Assembly (NCBI RefSeq): GCF_038025025.1
Contig: NW_027117344.1
Span: 1,922,001 to 1,986,000 of the forward strand
DNA length: 64,000 nt
DNA from: Phyllosticta citribraziliensis
Taxonomy: Eukaryota
Direction: 5' to 3'
The number at the start of each line of letters is the position of its first letter. Position 1 is the stretch's first letter. A program made the position numbers and the translations under genes. Positions 50,725-64,000 of this stretch are shown one piece after another. Below the pieces are notes generated by a model. It did no database searches. It was not told the origin of the DNA and worked only from the letters and a program-made list of their open reading frames with translations.

Positions 50725-51608
50725 GGTAAGACAAGGTCGCTGGACATGTGCGAGGTAGACTGGAGACAGGCGGGACACGAAGTTATTGAAATTTTCTGAG
50801 AACCTTTGAACTTCAAAAGCTGATCAGGCTGTGCTGACAGCTCAACAGTGGGGCAAAATGGCTAGGCAGCACCGGGCTTAGGCATGAGCAGTAAGCGAAG
50901 GTGCAGAGAACATTCATTGGACAGGATTGAAGCTTTTCAGAAGAGTCAAACCGGCCAATACATTCAAGGAAGAGGACCGAGGTCAGTGTCGGCCAATCCG
51001 TCAGCGAAGGATACATGCAGGCGGCGTCGAATGCTCCTGTTGCGATTCGAATGTGTATTGCTCGAAAAGCATGAATGCTCCCTGACTGCTGACAGTGAAA
51101 AGGCAAGGGTAGCCAATCGTGATGGTTCGGATTGAGTACAAATGTCGGCGAAGGAGAAATGTTGTGTAGTGGATGCCAGGTAACGCGTCGACGGGTTGAG
51201 GTCGTCCTGATTTCGGCGAACGCAGGCACCAGCCACCCGATTACCCCGGATTTTCATCGGACGTTGCACAGCCACGTGAATATAGAGTGGCTTAGCACCC
51301 AACCAAGAACGACGCGAACGCGTCAGGCACGACCTGACTGGACTGGAACACCAAAATCATGACGTACCTGTCCATGCGCTGCACGTCGAGCGTCTACAAG
51401 CCATCACTGGCTTCTGCTTGATCGCATGGCCATCGCCCGGACTGCGGCCCATGTCAGAGGTTCCACAGAGTCAGGCGTTCTCCTGTGCCTCAATTCTATT
51501 TCCAGCTTCAAACTTCTTTCCACCAGGTTTTCTTCAATCAACGTCCGTCAACCGTGTCTTTCATTTTCTTGGACGTCATCTCCTCCACTTTCAATACCAG
51601 CTTGCGAC

Positions 51609-53417
51609 ATGAGTTCGACAAGCACTTCCACGGTGCTGTCAACCGCAGCCTGTGTGCTAGTGGCCCTGGTTGCCATCTTGGCCTTACGACAACCTGAAGC
51701 CCTCCAATCCACGATACCCGACGAGGACATTAACGCCTTTACACCGTCTCGCTACTACTTGGCCCACCCTTACTCGTCAAGCTGGAAAACTTGGTGGAGC
51801 CACAATGCGCTAACGCCCAACCCCGAGAATCCGACGACTCAACGCCCCAGGCAAGGTGGTGGTAATATCGACCGGGATTGGAACATCTTCTATCATCTTG
51901 GTGGCAACGGACCTTGGGTGGAGAAGGTTGATGGCGTCGTGCAAGGCGCCGTCGTCGTCCCTGACGGGTGCGAGGTGGAGCAGGTGCACATGGTAAGATA
52001 TGGCCTTCTGGACTGCACACGCGCGCTGACTCGGGCCAGATGTCTCGCCACGCAGAGAGATATCCAACCTTCAAGGCTGGTGATAGTGAGTAGCCTCAAC
52101 GCGCTTTACCAGCCGCTCCGAACGCCTCGTCAGAAAGCCATGGACTGAGCTCACAAACAAATGACAGGGATGCTGCAAATGTTGAACCGAATTGCGGAGG
52201 CCAACATTACCCTCCGTGGCGATCTTCAATTTGTCAATGATTGGCAATTCATTTCTCCGGGTCACCGCCCTCACAGAGAACCCTTGACGTCAAAAGCTAA
52301 TGCTCAACAGAGCCTTCATCCCATTTCGAGCAACTTACCACCACCGGTCCCTTTGCTGGAACATTAGGCGCTTTCACGACTGGTGTCAGGCTCCGCACTC
52401 GGTACAGTCATCTTTTCCCGCCCGCATCTTCAGGCAAAAAGACAAACTTCTGGGCCGGCGACTCCGAAAGGGTGATTGATACTGCGCGATACTTTGCGGC
52501 GGGATTCTTTGGCTTGGACTGGAAAGAACACGCACAACTGCACGTTATTCCAGAGACCGCAGAGCTCGGCGCTGACACGCTCACGCCTGGAGATACGTGT
52601 GTTGCGTACATCAATGACACGGTAAATGGCCACGACAAAGGGGCGCGCATGTTGGCAGAGTACCGCGCCACGTATCTCAAACATATCCGCCAGCGTCTTT
52701 TGGCAGAGAATCCTAGCATCGAGTTCAGCGATGCCGAGCTGTACTCCATGCAAGAATTGTGCGGCTTCGAGACCACTGTTCGCGGGCGCAGTGCTTGGTG
52801 TGATGTGTTCACCCAGGATGAATGGCGCAGCTTTGAGTACGCGCGGGACGTTATCCACTACTACCGGGCGGGCCCAGGGAACCGTTTCGGGCCGCTGATG
52901 GGTTGGCTGTGGCTGAACGCCACAACAAATCTCCTGGATCAAGGGCCGGCAGCTGGGCCGTTTTTCATTAGTTTGTAAGTACTCCGACGTCACCAAAGTC
53001 TAAATACTCACCAGGTCCCCGAACAGCGTCCACGACGGGGACATAATTCCAATGCTGGCTGCCTTGGACCTCTTTCACGACGACGAAGAACTGCCCGTCA
53101 CTCGCCGGGCCGACGACCGCGCGTGGAAGACTTCGCAGTTGACTCCTATGGGAGGCCGCACAATCTTCGAGAGGCTGGCCTGCAAGTCTCGCTCCTCGGA
53201 AACCGGAGGCAATCCCGCCGTTGATGCATTCGTTCGCATTAACATCAACGACGGCGTAGTCGCAATCCCTGGTTGTGCCAACGGTCCGGGCGGGAGCTGT
53301 CCTCTTTCGGATTTTGCAAACAGAGTCAAGGATAGAGGGGCAGCTCTGGGCAATTTCAACGAGCTGTGCGGTCTGGCTCCAGCGATGCCCAGCCAAATCA
53401 CGTTTCTGCGCCAGTGA
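51609..53417 (+). CDS. Histidine acid phosphatase / phytase-like
   Basis: N-terminal anchor, RHAERYP active-site motif after splicing, HD motif, VRINING-like segment. Confidence 0.92.
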
Positions 53418-54287
53418 AGTTTGTCAGTAATACGCATCACCACGCAGCCACTTGGACCCTCGCTGCCTGAGTGGGGCGCAAGTAAGCCTTCCGAAAGCTT
53501 CCGCGCCCTCAGTTTGGCTTCGAGATCGATCGCCATGGTCTGAGCATCCGTCGTCTTCTTCTGAGCGACAAGCTACCGTATCTCTCAAGGCTAATCAACT
53601 GCTTAAACAGCCAGAGGGAATTGGAGCGTGTTTAAGCAAGAGGTTGGTGGTGGGAAGTCGCAAATACCCGCTCGTCGTCTCAGTGGGAAATCTAGACCGC
53701 CACCGTTACAGGCACCCCTCGGCAAGTCTCACAACACGAATAACCTTGGCCAGCTGAGCGAAGTGACCTCATGGCTTATACAACGGAGTCATGGACGAAG
53801 TCTCTACGAGGTCGGCTTTCAGTATTTTCGTCAACAGCAGCAGTTGAGTGGAGACTTTACTGTACTCGTTCCTTGACTTTTGTTACGCATAAATTAAAGG
53901 AGGCGCTATGATCCCTCTCTGCTTCAGGAACCGGTCCAAAACCCGGGGCTCCATCCATAACCTTATTCCTCGCTACCGAAACGAACGCCGCTGACTGGCC
54001 AGAAGCCCACTTGGCAGCCAGGGTGCTGGCCAATGCGGTTGGTAGCAGAGATGAATGGCGTTGTACCGGCTATGGAATACTTCCCTATCGAGCAAGCGCC
54101 ATTTCCCTGGACTCATCCAGGTCTGCCCACTGTCGGTTCAATGCCACCCGGCAGTGCAAATGCGGATGTCTAGGACCTTCTTTTAAAAACCTTGCCCTCC
54201 ACATTCCTTTGCGCGCTCAACAGTGCTAGGCTGGTCCACAAAGCAGACATTCCTTGGCCGACAGTTGCCATTACACACTCTTTCAAT

Positions 54288-55321
54288 ATGTTATTTTTCG
54301 TTGTTTTGCTTGTACTGGCGTTGACGAGCGCGTCACTCGCTGCACCACCCTCCAATCGCTTTGTCTACCCTCATTTTCCTCGGCAAGTCGGGCAGGAAGG
54401 CTCCCCTCGTCCAGGCGGTACGATCCGCATAGGAGATCGCAAGACGCAGCGCGTCAAGCAATATCAAACTCAGGCTCGGGTCACTTGTCCCATCCTTCTG
54501 GACGGACGTGTTCCCAAGAACTTTTCCCTCGAAGCTTTCGACCGTCCCAACGGAATCTTCAACCCCGACTTTGTTCGCGCTGAAGACGTGCCTTGGTCTC
54601 AAATTCTCGAATTCCCCGACGGTCCTGCTTCCAAGTTCGACGTCCCTCTCTACAGGCCTGTCGAGGGTACGATTGACGACCGCTCCATTTTCCAGAATCA
54701 AGTCGGGTTCCGCCGCTATGGCCTGCAGTTCGCCAATGACAAGGCCAATGACACCACCGACTCGGGAGTTGTGACGCTGCACTGGAGCATCAAGCTTGAC
54801 GAGGAGAAGAAGTTGGACTTGAGCCACGAGTACCTGATGGTCTGGCACGAGGCGGCCGATTTCAGCACCAATCAATTCAACTTCAACACCGGCACGAGGA
54901 TTGGCACCAACGGCACGGACAGGAGAACCTGGCAGTTGCTCGATCGCAATTCGAAGCTGCTCTGGAGCGTCCCCCACGACAAGAACTGCGGCTGGCAAAA
55001 CTTTGCATTGACCCTGGATTACGTCCGCAAGTATGTTGGCATTTAGCCCCGAAATTGGCATCACGTGCTAACGAGTTGTACAGCACCTTGACCATTTACT
55101 ACTCCAAGGGAACTTCTCCTCTGAAAAAGGCTGCTGGCCCGTTCTCGAACAACAACTCTGGCGGCGGCCAGTTCCAGATGGGCATGCTCAAGAAACCTAC
55201 CGGTGTCACTGGCTCGGCAGACATCTCCAAGAATGGCTTCCAGCCGACGGGTATCAAGGAAGCTGTGGCTTATGGTGGTCTCTTCGTCGAGAGCAGTGCC
55301 GGAGGCTGCGTATCGAAATAA
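54288..55321 (+). CDS. Secreted glycoside hydrolase family 131-like protein
   Basis: Signal peptide; LDGRVP, SIFQNQVGFRR, TLHWSIK, LDLSHEY, WQNFALTLDY motifs. Confidence 0.85.
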
Positions 55322-55763
55322 GGGTCGTCATCGTGGGCATGCATTTGGTGTATTTCTTCGCACTACCTGTATTTTAACACAAGAGTGTACAGTTGCCTTG
55401 CACAAATTAGCGGTGGCGAAAATTGGCTGAGCAATTGCTGAATGATCGTCTCAACGCATTGTTCAAGAGGCTTTTGTTCACTGGCGCTATGAAGGTTAAG
55501 GCATCATTTGAGCGAGATAGAGTTTGATGTGCGGGAGGTAGTTTGTTTTCTGAGTTGTCTTGGGGGATCAGAGGCGACAAAGCCTATACGACAATAGCAT
55601 ATCTTGAAACTGAAGTTTGGTACTTGAGCTTCTGTGTCTTGTCGTCCTCGGTTGACCTGTACAGAGCTCTCACTGGCCCGTGACCACATAGACCCCAATT
55701 TGACACAACCGCAGCCAAGAAGCTCGTGCTTTTGAGGCGTTTCCAGCATTTTGGCGTCCATCT

Positions 55764-56426
55764 TCAGTCAAACTGGGCAATGGTCAGCATTCGTCGATAG
55801 CAACTCCCCAATTCACGTACAGGCGTCAAGAAGGACTCGGCCACAAAACGAGCCCTGGCGTTCAAGAAGAGCTTCATCTCAGAAATCTCCTTGTCCACCT
55901 CCTCCATAAACTGGATAATGAAGTCCACCAGCTTATGCTTCAGCATCTCCTCGGTGTGGAAATTGGTGATGAGGAAGGAAATATCATAGCCCTGCTAACA
56001 TCAGCCACACTGTCTTTTCCCGGGAATAAATACCCACGTTGATGGGCTTCCTCCGCAGAATGAAGAAAGACTCCGCCCGCTGTGTCAAGAACCGAGTAAA
56101 CTTGTGGACAAGGATGTGCTCGATTTCGTCTGCCTGCTTGATCTTGATGCTTATCCGAACGCTGTTGATACTTGGCTCGATGAACACCCGCTCGTTCTCG
56201 TTGCGGGATACCGTCAAGGGGTTCAGGAGGACTTCCGGGGAGGTGCGCGCTTCGACTTCAGGGACATTGTGTCTTTCGGATGCTTGGGAAGCAAAGTTGG
56301 ACAGCGAGAGGGCGGCGGTGAGGGAGGAGCGGACGCATTGGAGGTAGGGACGAAGTGATTGCGACTGTGCTAGGCGTCAGCGCGATGCTCTGAGCTTGGG
56401 CGGTCGGAAGGGTGAGACTCGACCAT
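55764..56426 (-). CDS. ARC19: Arp2/3 complex subunit 4 (ARPC4)
   Basis: [60 protein letters not shown]; first exon is the ATG only. Confidence 0.96.
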
Positions 56427-56829
56427 TGTGGGCGAAGGATCCGGGGCTGCGGCAGGAGAGTAGATAGAAGAGCACCGGCAATGCAAAGGCCCCTGAAGAC
56501 GTCCGGACACTGGATCGCGGGAACGGTATGATGTGAGGTGGTGGGGGATGATGCGCAGCGGGTAGGGAGGGCAGCTGGGGAAGCTCCCGCCAAGTGAAGT
56601 CATGGCCGCGTCGCCTCCCGTCTGCTGCGATACAGCGGCAATGACTAAGACGGGCCTGGAAACTCGGCGAATCGGAGGTAACAGGCCGCGTGCCTTGGCG
56701 TCGACGGCGGCAAGTCGTCAACACTCCACCAACAGTCATTCCTTGCTTCAGCTTGCATCATACCCGGTCCGCTGAAGACGAAATTTTGCATCGCTGTCGA
56801 CTCCATCTTCACTCCCTCACTCTGCAAAG

Positions 56830-58743
56830 ATGGAGCCGATTCCAGGTACGCGCCATCCCGGTTCAAGCTCCGCGAGCTACGGTCAAGCTGACCTCCGCCA
56901 CAGTTGTCGTGAAGCATCAGGGAAAGAAGTACGATGTCGAACTCGACCCTTCTTCGACCGGCGAGACGTTCAAGTTTCAGCTGTACTCTCTGACCGGTGT
57001 CGAGCCCGAACGGCAAAAGATCCTCGTCAAGGGTGGACAACTCAAGGACGACACCGACCTCTCCAAGCTCAATGTCAAGCCCGGACACACCTTTATGATG
57101 ATGGGCACACCGTCAAACGATAGCAAGGCCAAGATCGAGCGTCCAAAGGAGCAGATCAAGTTCTTGGAGGACATGACGGAGGCTGAGGCGGCGCAAGCTG
57201 CTGGCGCTATTCCCGCTGGCCTGCAGAACCTGGGCAATACCTGTTACATGAACTCGACGCTGCAGACATTGAAGGCGATCCCAGAGCTTCAGGCCGAGCT
57301 TGCGCGCTACAAGGCTAGGTATTCAAGTTGAACGATGGTAAATCATCACGCGCTGACTCTTTCCAGTGGTTCAGGCTCCGCAGGGCCCAGCGACCTTAGG
57401 TCATTTGGTCTTGGGGGTCTTGGAGCGTCTTCAGACCTTACGGAAGCCCTCCGCGATCTCTTCAAGCAAATGTCCGAGACCCAGCAAGGATTCCCTCCCA
57501 TGATGTTCCTCAACGCCCTCCGGACGGCATTCCCCCAGTTTGCGCAACTTGCTCGAGAAGGCCGCGGATACGCACAACAGGATGCAGAGGAGGCATGGTC
57601 GCAGATTGTCACTCAGCTTCGCCAGAAGCTCAAGATCAAGGAGGGCGACTCTGGTGATGTCTCCTTCGTTGACAAGTACCTGTCGGGCAAGTTCGAGTCA
57701 CGCATGGAATGCGACGAGCAGGCCGCAAAGGATGCTGGAGAGCAGGCCATTGAAAGCCAAGACACCTTTTTCAAGCTCAACTGCCACATCACGGGCGAGG
57801 TCAACCACCTGCGCGAGGGCTTGGCTGCCGGCATGGTCGAGAAGATCGAAAAGAATTCCGAGGTGCTGGGGCGCAACGCCGTCTACACCAAGACGTCGCG
57901 CATCGCCAGACTACCCAAATACCTGCCTATCCACTTTATGCGCTTCGACTGGCGCCGCGACACTGGCAAGAAGGCCAAGATCATGAGGAAGGTCACCTTT
58001 CCCCAGGAACTCGACATTGTCGAATTTTGCAGCGAAGACCTGAAGAAGCTTCTCATTCCGGTCAGGGACAAGATTCGGGAAATCAGAAAGGACGAAGAGG
58101 ACGTCGAGCGTGCAAGGAAGAGGCAAAAGCGCAACCACCATGAGCAACAAGAGAAGGAGGAACTCTACAAGGGCAAGGGTCCAGCAGGCGAGAAGCAGCT
58201 TGCCAAGGAGAAAGAAGCAGAGAAAAAGGCGTCTGGAAGCAGTGGCGACGTTGAGATGCAAGACGCATCCTTCAAGACGGACGCGGAATTCGAGGCAGAG
58301 CGTGCCAACGCGATAGTGCAGGCAAAGAAGGAGCTCTTGGCTCTGGTCGATGGCAAGCTTAAGGAGGACGAGGCTTGCAACAGGACCGGACTTTACGAAC
58401 TTCGTGGTGTCATCACCCACCAGGGCGCCACTGCGGACAGCGGTCACTACACCTCGTTCGTCAAGAAGGAAGGACAGAAGGACCCGAGCACCGGCAAGAG
58501 GAAGGCCGAGGATGGGAAGTGGTGGTGGTTCAACGACGACAAGGTGTCGGAGGTCGAAGAGGACCGGATCGAGAGTCTGTCGGGAGGAGGTAAGCTGGAT
58601 CCGAAGCCGCTCAAGCTAATGAAGTGCTAACCCCACGCCCAGGTCAAAGCCATTCTGCGCTGATTTTGCTCTACCGGGCAGTCCCAATCCCCACAACAGA
58701 AGAGATTGCAGAGGCGGAGGAAAAGGCAAAGAGTCTCGCCTGA
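56830..58743 (+). CDS. UBP6: Proteasome-associated deubiquitinase with a UBL domain (USP14 ortholog)
   Basis: N-terminal UBL, GLQNLGNTCYMNS Cys box, QQDAEE, HQGATADSGHY His box. Confidence 0.96.
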
Positions 58744-59377
58744 TCGCCTCCATTCTTTGGATGCAGCCATGGGGAACCATAGACGCAAGTTTGAACGAGG
58801 TATGAGCATAGCGAGGATTGGTCAAAGGTAGACTTTTACTTTCTCCGGCATGCAAGCGGCACTGAGTAAGGTTGCAAGCGCTGAGATGCTTGGACAAATC
58901 CAGACCACTAATTTTCTCAAATTTGCCGACAATTGATCCAAAAGTGACGCGCGCTGCAACGCGCAGAAGTCGACCTTGCCTATGAAATCTCTCCGCCCGC
59001 GGAACTTGGCCATGTCGAGACAAGCTACAGTCCGCTTGATGCTGAAGACCCTTGACGGAAGCGCGCAGGCGGCCAACGACTACGATACGCCACTCGTGCA
59101 CAACTACTCGCGCGTATGCATGAAAAACACTTCGTCCGCTGGCTGCCGAAAATACGAATACGCGCGAGGTCCGAAAGGTGCAAACGGAGCCAACGGCAAG
59201 CGCCCATACCTGAGTCCTCTCAACAACGATTATTGCGTGTCGAGACTTGACCATGCCCCGGACCCGCACCTGGGGATACCCCTGGACAGCTAGCTTCTCG
59301 CCGAGAGGTCTACAACAACGTCAACCCACCCCTTCTACATATTCCATTCTCTGCACATATCATATCAACATCGGCTT

Positions 59378-59404
59378 CAAAAAAAAAAAAAAAGAAAAAA
59401 AAAA
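59378..59404 (+). repeat. Poly(A) tract
   Basis: About 26 A with one G interruption. Confidence 0.9.
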
Positions 59405-59904
59405 GCAAATTTTGAATTACATGCAATAAGCTCATGTGTCCCCAAGTGCACAAATCAAGTATGCGGAGGCGCTTTTGTCTTGACCGGTCTGTTATGGTGC
59501 GCGGCTTGGGGGTATAATCTCACTCAAGGCTGCAGACAGGAAGCACCCAAATCCCTGGCCACAAGGAGTATTCAAGCACTGGGGAAAGCTGGATACAGGG
59601 AGCAATCAATTGGTTGTTTGTGCTACGGCTTTTACTATCACTCCTATGAGTGCTGAAAACCCAAAGCACTCTCGAGCCTTGACATTGCCCAAATCTATCC
59701 CTGTGTGCCCACCCTTCAAGGAAGCCTAGCTTGCTTGCATCTTTCCGTCTTGACTGTTGTTGTTTTGAAAGGCTTGGTCGGTGTTGGGTTGCGCTGTTGA
59801 TACTATGCTGTTTCCGTTACACAGGTGCTATTGCGCTCTTGCTATCGCTGTTGCACTTTTGCACTTTTGTTGATGTTGCTGCCGTGGAGTCGACGAGGTA
59901 TTCA

Positions 59905-60867
59905 TTATTGCCTGGGCGGTAGAAAGATAAGCTCGTTGCATTCTTCGTTAAGAATCAGGCAAGGCGTGTTCCTTTCTTTGCAGGCCTCGCATTCGACCTT
60001 ATGCGGGTGTTGGTCTTGCCACTTGACATCTTTTACGCCAGTATGGACCGTTACGTACGCGTGCATGCATTGCTTGCTCTTGTTGCGGATCCACATATTG
60101 ACCCGACGTCCATTTTTTCTTTCCGAGCGTTTGACCTTGCTCGTTACCTTTGCCCATAATCCGGGATGTTGCCGACTAAACTCTTGGTCCTCGAGCTTAC
60201 TTCCGTCTGATTTTTGCATGGAAACGCGCAATTCCGTTCCATATTCCGTTCTCCTTGCTCCTTGGGTCTGGCTTGCTGTTTGGTTTGGCACTTGGCTTGG
60301 GCCTGCGCCGACTTGTGGTGTGGCGCTTGGGCTTTGATCTCCGTTGGATGAACCAGGGATATCTATTCTTGGCCTTTTCCGTGCGGGTTCGTCTTCGTTG
60401 CTGTCTTCTGATGTGTTGCTATCGAGCGAGATGATTGAAACTGGGCGATTTGACGTCGATCCCGTCTGATGTTGCTCGTGAGGTCCCGTCTCGTCTTGAA
60501 GCACGTCTGTCAAAGTGAGCGTCAGGAGCACTTGTTCCTTCGCAAAGGGCACTCACCTTGCGAGCCATTGCTTTGTGTACCTGCGCCTTGGAGACTCGCT
60601 TCGATTTCTTCTTTCATTACCTGCATTTCTTCGACGTTTTGTTGCATCTGCTTGACGTTCTCTTGCATTTGCTCAATGTTCTTTTGCATCAATTGAGTGC
60701 AGGAATCGATATTTCGGACCATATTTCTGCAACTAGTGGCTCAGCTTCTGGTCTCCAGATAGCCTGCAAAGTAAGCGGAGAGTGGACAATTACCTTGCTG
60801 TTGCTTGGTCCATCATGATATTCTGATGAGGATTGCTGCTGGGAGTATTTGATGGATTTGGAGTCAT
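59905..60867 (-). CDS. Orphan coiled-coil protein with a C-terminal CxxC-x5-C motif, divergent from REC8
   Basis: Two predicted introns; QLMQKNIEQMQENVKQMQQNVEEMQ heptads, PARKRPR NLS-like motif, CEACKERNTPC. Confidence 0.65.
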
Positions 60868-61097
60868 TTTGGAGATTGAGGGGATGCTGGTTTGGTGGGG
60901 AGACGTTGTGAGTGGGAGATCTCTTGTTACCTGCTACGGTCAACCGAAGGCAAGTGTGAACATGACCCAGATTTCCATTTTGGGCAAGCGCCATTTGGAC
61001 ACTCGAGAGTCTCCACTTCACCTTCCCTCTACGCTTCCACTTCCAAATCTCTCAGCATCGCACACAAAACCTCCTCAACCTCTGTCTCGTGGCCAAA

Positions 61098-63437
61098 ATG
61101 TTCTACAGCCATGAAGGTGGGTCAATTGAGCCCTCGATCTAATTGTCTGCTGATTGCATCCTCCAGTCCTCACGTCTCGAAAGCATGGCGTGGCTACAGT
61201 CTGGTAAGCTCCGAGGCGATCAATCGCTTCGCATCACAACTCACGTACTCGCAGGCTCGTCGCGACGCTTGGCTCCAGGTCGTCGTTGAAAAAGGTCAAT
61301 CGCAAGGCCATCCTTGACGTCAATGTGCCCAAGGCATGCGAGACCATCCTGGCCCCAGAAGCGCCAATGGCCTTGCGCCTCCAGAGCAACCTCCTGTAAG
61401 CAATTCCAGCGTCCGTTATTCAAGGCCCTGTCACTCACTCTTGACACTCAGGTACGGCGTGACGCGTGTCTATCTCCAGCAGTGTACATATGTCCTTGCG
61501 GACTGCCAAAACGCGCAAAACAGCATCCGTGCAAGCCTCCATGTCATAAGGGCCGCAGCGCTCGACCCCGAAGCCGGACGTTCAAGGTCAGTCTTGCGCG
61601 AAGTAGCAGTCAAATCTTACTCATGTTTTTTCCTCAGGCCAGACCAGCTTCTCCTTGAAGATGATCCCAGCTTTCTTCCACAATTTGCCCTTGAGCCGCT
61701 CGATCTTGAAGCGGACGTCTCAGCCCCCAACGCCTCCTTTGCGTTGAGCTCAAATACTCTTTCCCCCCACGGCTCGCGTCGGAGCAGGAGCATAACGTTG
61801 GACGAACATATCGCAGGGCCCATTCGCGGCCTCGACATACCCACGTCAGACACTGGAGCAGGAGATTTCGGTGGCTTTGTCGTCCCCAGCGAAGATGGAG
61901 CTGACGTTGGCATTCAAGGCCGGAGCAGCCACCTTGAGGATGACGGCTTCGACCCCGATGCAGATTTTGGGTTTGATGCTGATGGAAACCTCATTGAACA
62001 TGGGATCCCAAATCAGACCCATCAGACGCCTCGCGTTGGTCCAGCTTTTCGGTCAATCGCTAGTGGATCAGTCGGACCAGAACGTGAAGGCACTGAGCAG
62101 CAGGGGCACACTCACGTAAGTCTCTTTCCCCGTGTAGAAGATGTCATTACTGAAGAGTCTAGGTTGATGATCGCATGGACATCGACCTGCCTGAGTATGG
62201 CGACGAGATGATCATCCCCGACGGCGAACCTCTCTCCTCCGTCCGCGAACACCGAAGTTCCCCTGCCGCAGAACAGTCCATTCAAGACGTGGCTGTACAG
62301 TCGTCCTCACCAGTCCAGGTTGCACCTCAGCGTCAGCGCAAGTCGCGCGCAATTCCTCTTGACACGACGATGGAATTGCGAAATACCGAATTAGTCGGCT
62401 GGCAAAGAAACTACCTTCAGGACATGGCACAAGCAGCGCAGCACAAGCACAATCTTCGAGCGGCTGCCCAGGCAAAGAAGAACGCTGAATACTGGGTCTT
62501 GGGACTTGGAATCGGCGGAATCGGCGCCATTACTGGTTCCACTGGCATCCCAGGTCCACTGGACATGTTCAAAGGTGAAGCGCTCCTTCGTACATTGGGT
62601 ATACGGAGCGAACCTCCTGCCTCGAAGAAACGTGGGCACCCAATGTCGACGATAGAAGAGGAACCCCAGGGCCGTCGTGTTCGTCAACGCTCGGAAGAGG
62701 ATGAACTTGGCCGCGGCAATGAAGACGATGTGGTCTTTCATGGAGACGAGGACATCGAAGTGGGTCGAGAGGCAGCAGAAGAGATCCAGTCTCAGTTATC
62801 TCAACACTTCCCGTGGAGTGTTACTGCCTCAGCTCGCGCATCTTCCGTTGCTGCCAGCGCCCGCAATGCTCTTGGTTTCGGCGGACACGGCCTTCCTTCA
62901 TCTGCCGCAGGTCCCAGCTCCATAGGGGTCGCTGGATCCCTTGGTCGCAGAGGTAGGCGCATGATAAGCGCCAGTCCACTTCATGGTCGCGGACCACGCG
63001 GCCTGGAAAATGCAGAGAATGAACAAGAGCCGGAAGAAGTCCTCGAAGAGACTCTGGGAGCATTCGATTCCGACATGGCAATCGACAATGACGAATTCGA
63101 GCTCTATGGAGCCGCAGCTGGCGTCGACACCCAAACCGCCAACCAGTCACAATTTGCTCACGCACAATTTGACCATCAAATGGTTCAATTTGGCGAATTC
63201 ATCTTCGAAACCATGCAGAAGAAGAAGGCCGGCGATGATGACGAAGCCGGCGAGGTCGACAAGCATGACGAGGTTCTGTTTGGAGAGCTCATTCGCCCGG
63301 AGTCAAACACCAAGACGGTAGCTGCTCAAGGCTTCATGCATCTACTGGGCCTCGCAACCCAGGGCCGCATCACCGTTCAACAAGACGAGCCATATTCGGA
63401 CATTGCCATCAGCCTTCCCTTTGCCGGTTCGCTCTAA
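61098..63437 (+). CDS. REC8: Rad21/Rec8-family kleisin, most like meiotic cohesin Rec8
   Basis: MFYSHEVLTSRKHGVATVWLVATLG, APMALRLQSNLLYGVTRVY, C-terminal winged-helix AAQGFMHLLGLAT...QDEPYSDI. Confidence 0.9.
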
Positions 63438-64000
63438 TTGCCGATGTCCATCCCAGACAGTCAGACTGTCCTGTATTCACCTGCCCGGCCAAATTTGCTT
63501 CTGCAACTGTTTTCGACACTCCGGGACTTGCTTTTGTTTCTTTTTCCAATTTACCTTTGACTCGCGTGGCTTTTCCAAGGGCCAATACTGGAATCAGCTT
63601 TGCTACAGCTGCTTCGACATCATGGATTCGTAAAGACGTTTTTATCCGGGGTGCATGTCCAGCGCAAGGACCATACAACTACTGCAGGAGTTGCTTTCGG
63701 ATTCGCGGGGATGCGGTACGCCTCGCTGAGAGATTTTCGCTATTCGAGGTCATTGTGGCTAGCACAAGGACTACTACTAAAGTTGTTTCCGAGTTCGCGA
63801 GGGTTATGGGTCATGTCGGTGCCGATTCGAGGGCACGGTTTACTAAGGAGTTAGCTTTGCTGTAGCTACTTCAAGAATGATAAGCAGATTCATTTTCGGA
63901 TCGTGCATAGGCCTCTTGCTCTTCCCAAATCTAATTTGCAAAGGCTTCGTCCTCGACCTCTTCCAACTCGACCTGTTTCAACTCCCTCTCAAACCGTTCC

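Noticed and set aside
39400..51000. Starship or other giant transposon explaining island B
   Set aside because: No tyrosine recombinase or transposase and no boundary repeats seen.

Overview
This is filamentous-ascomycete genomic DNA (short GT-AG introns with CTRAC branch points; a Dothideomycete is plausible but inferred). Conserved genes: aristolochene-type sesquiterpene synthase, FAD oxidoreductase, MFS transporter, SDR, S10 carboxypeptidase, intron-containing tRNA-Asn, flavin monooxygenase, CHS5, VMA4, NIPA-family transporter, M13 peptidase, histidine phosphatase, GH131, ARC19, UBP6 and REC8. Two orphan islands (about 19.3-26.6 kb and 39.4-51 kb) interrupt them. Hand-splicing the islands gives the main result: four micro-exon genes largely missed by the ORF track (G1-G4). 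Of their 37 predicted coding introns, 36 are phase 1, so almost every internal exon is frame-neutral, and each gene has a 5'-UTR intron ending at or next to the ATG. They encode Q/Y/P-rich or RS-rich low-complexity N-termini joined in different combinations to a CCCH finger, a double CCHC knuckle and/or a coiled coil. A related knuckle gene (G0) lacks the micro-exons. Each island has a tail-to-tail CCHC-gene/CCCH-gene pair. A dispersed MITE family with CACAGTG (RSS-heptamer-like) termini is also present. All gene models are manual predictions without transcript support.
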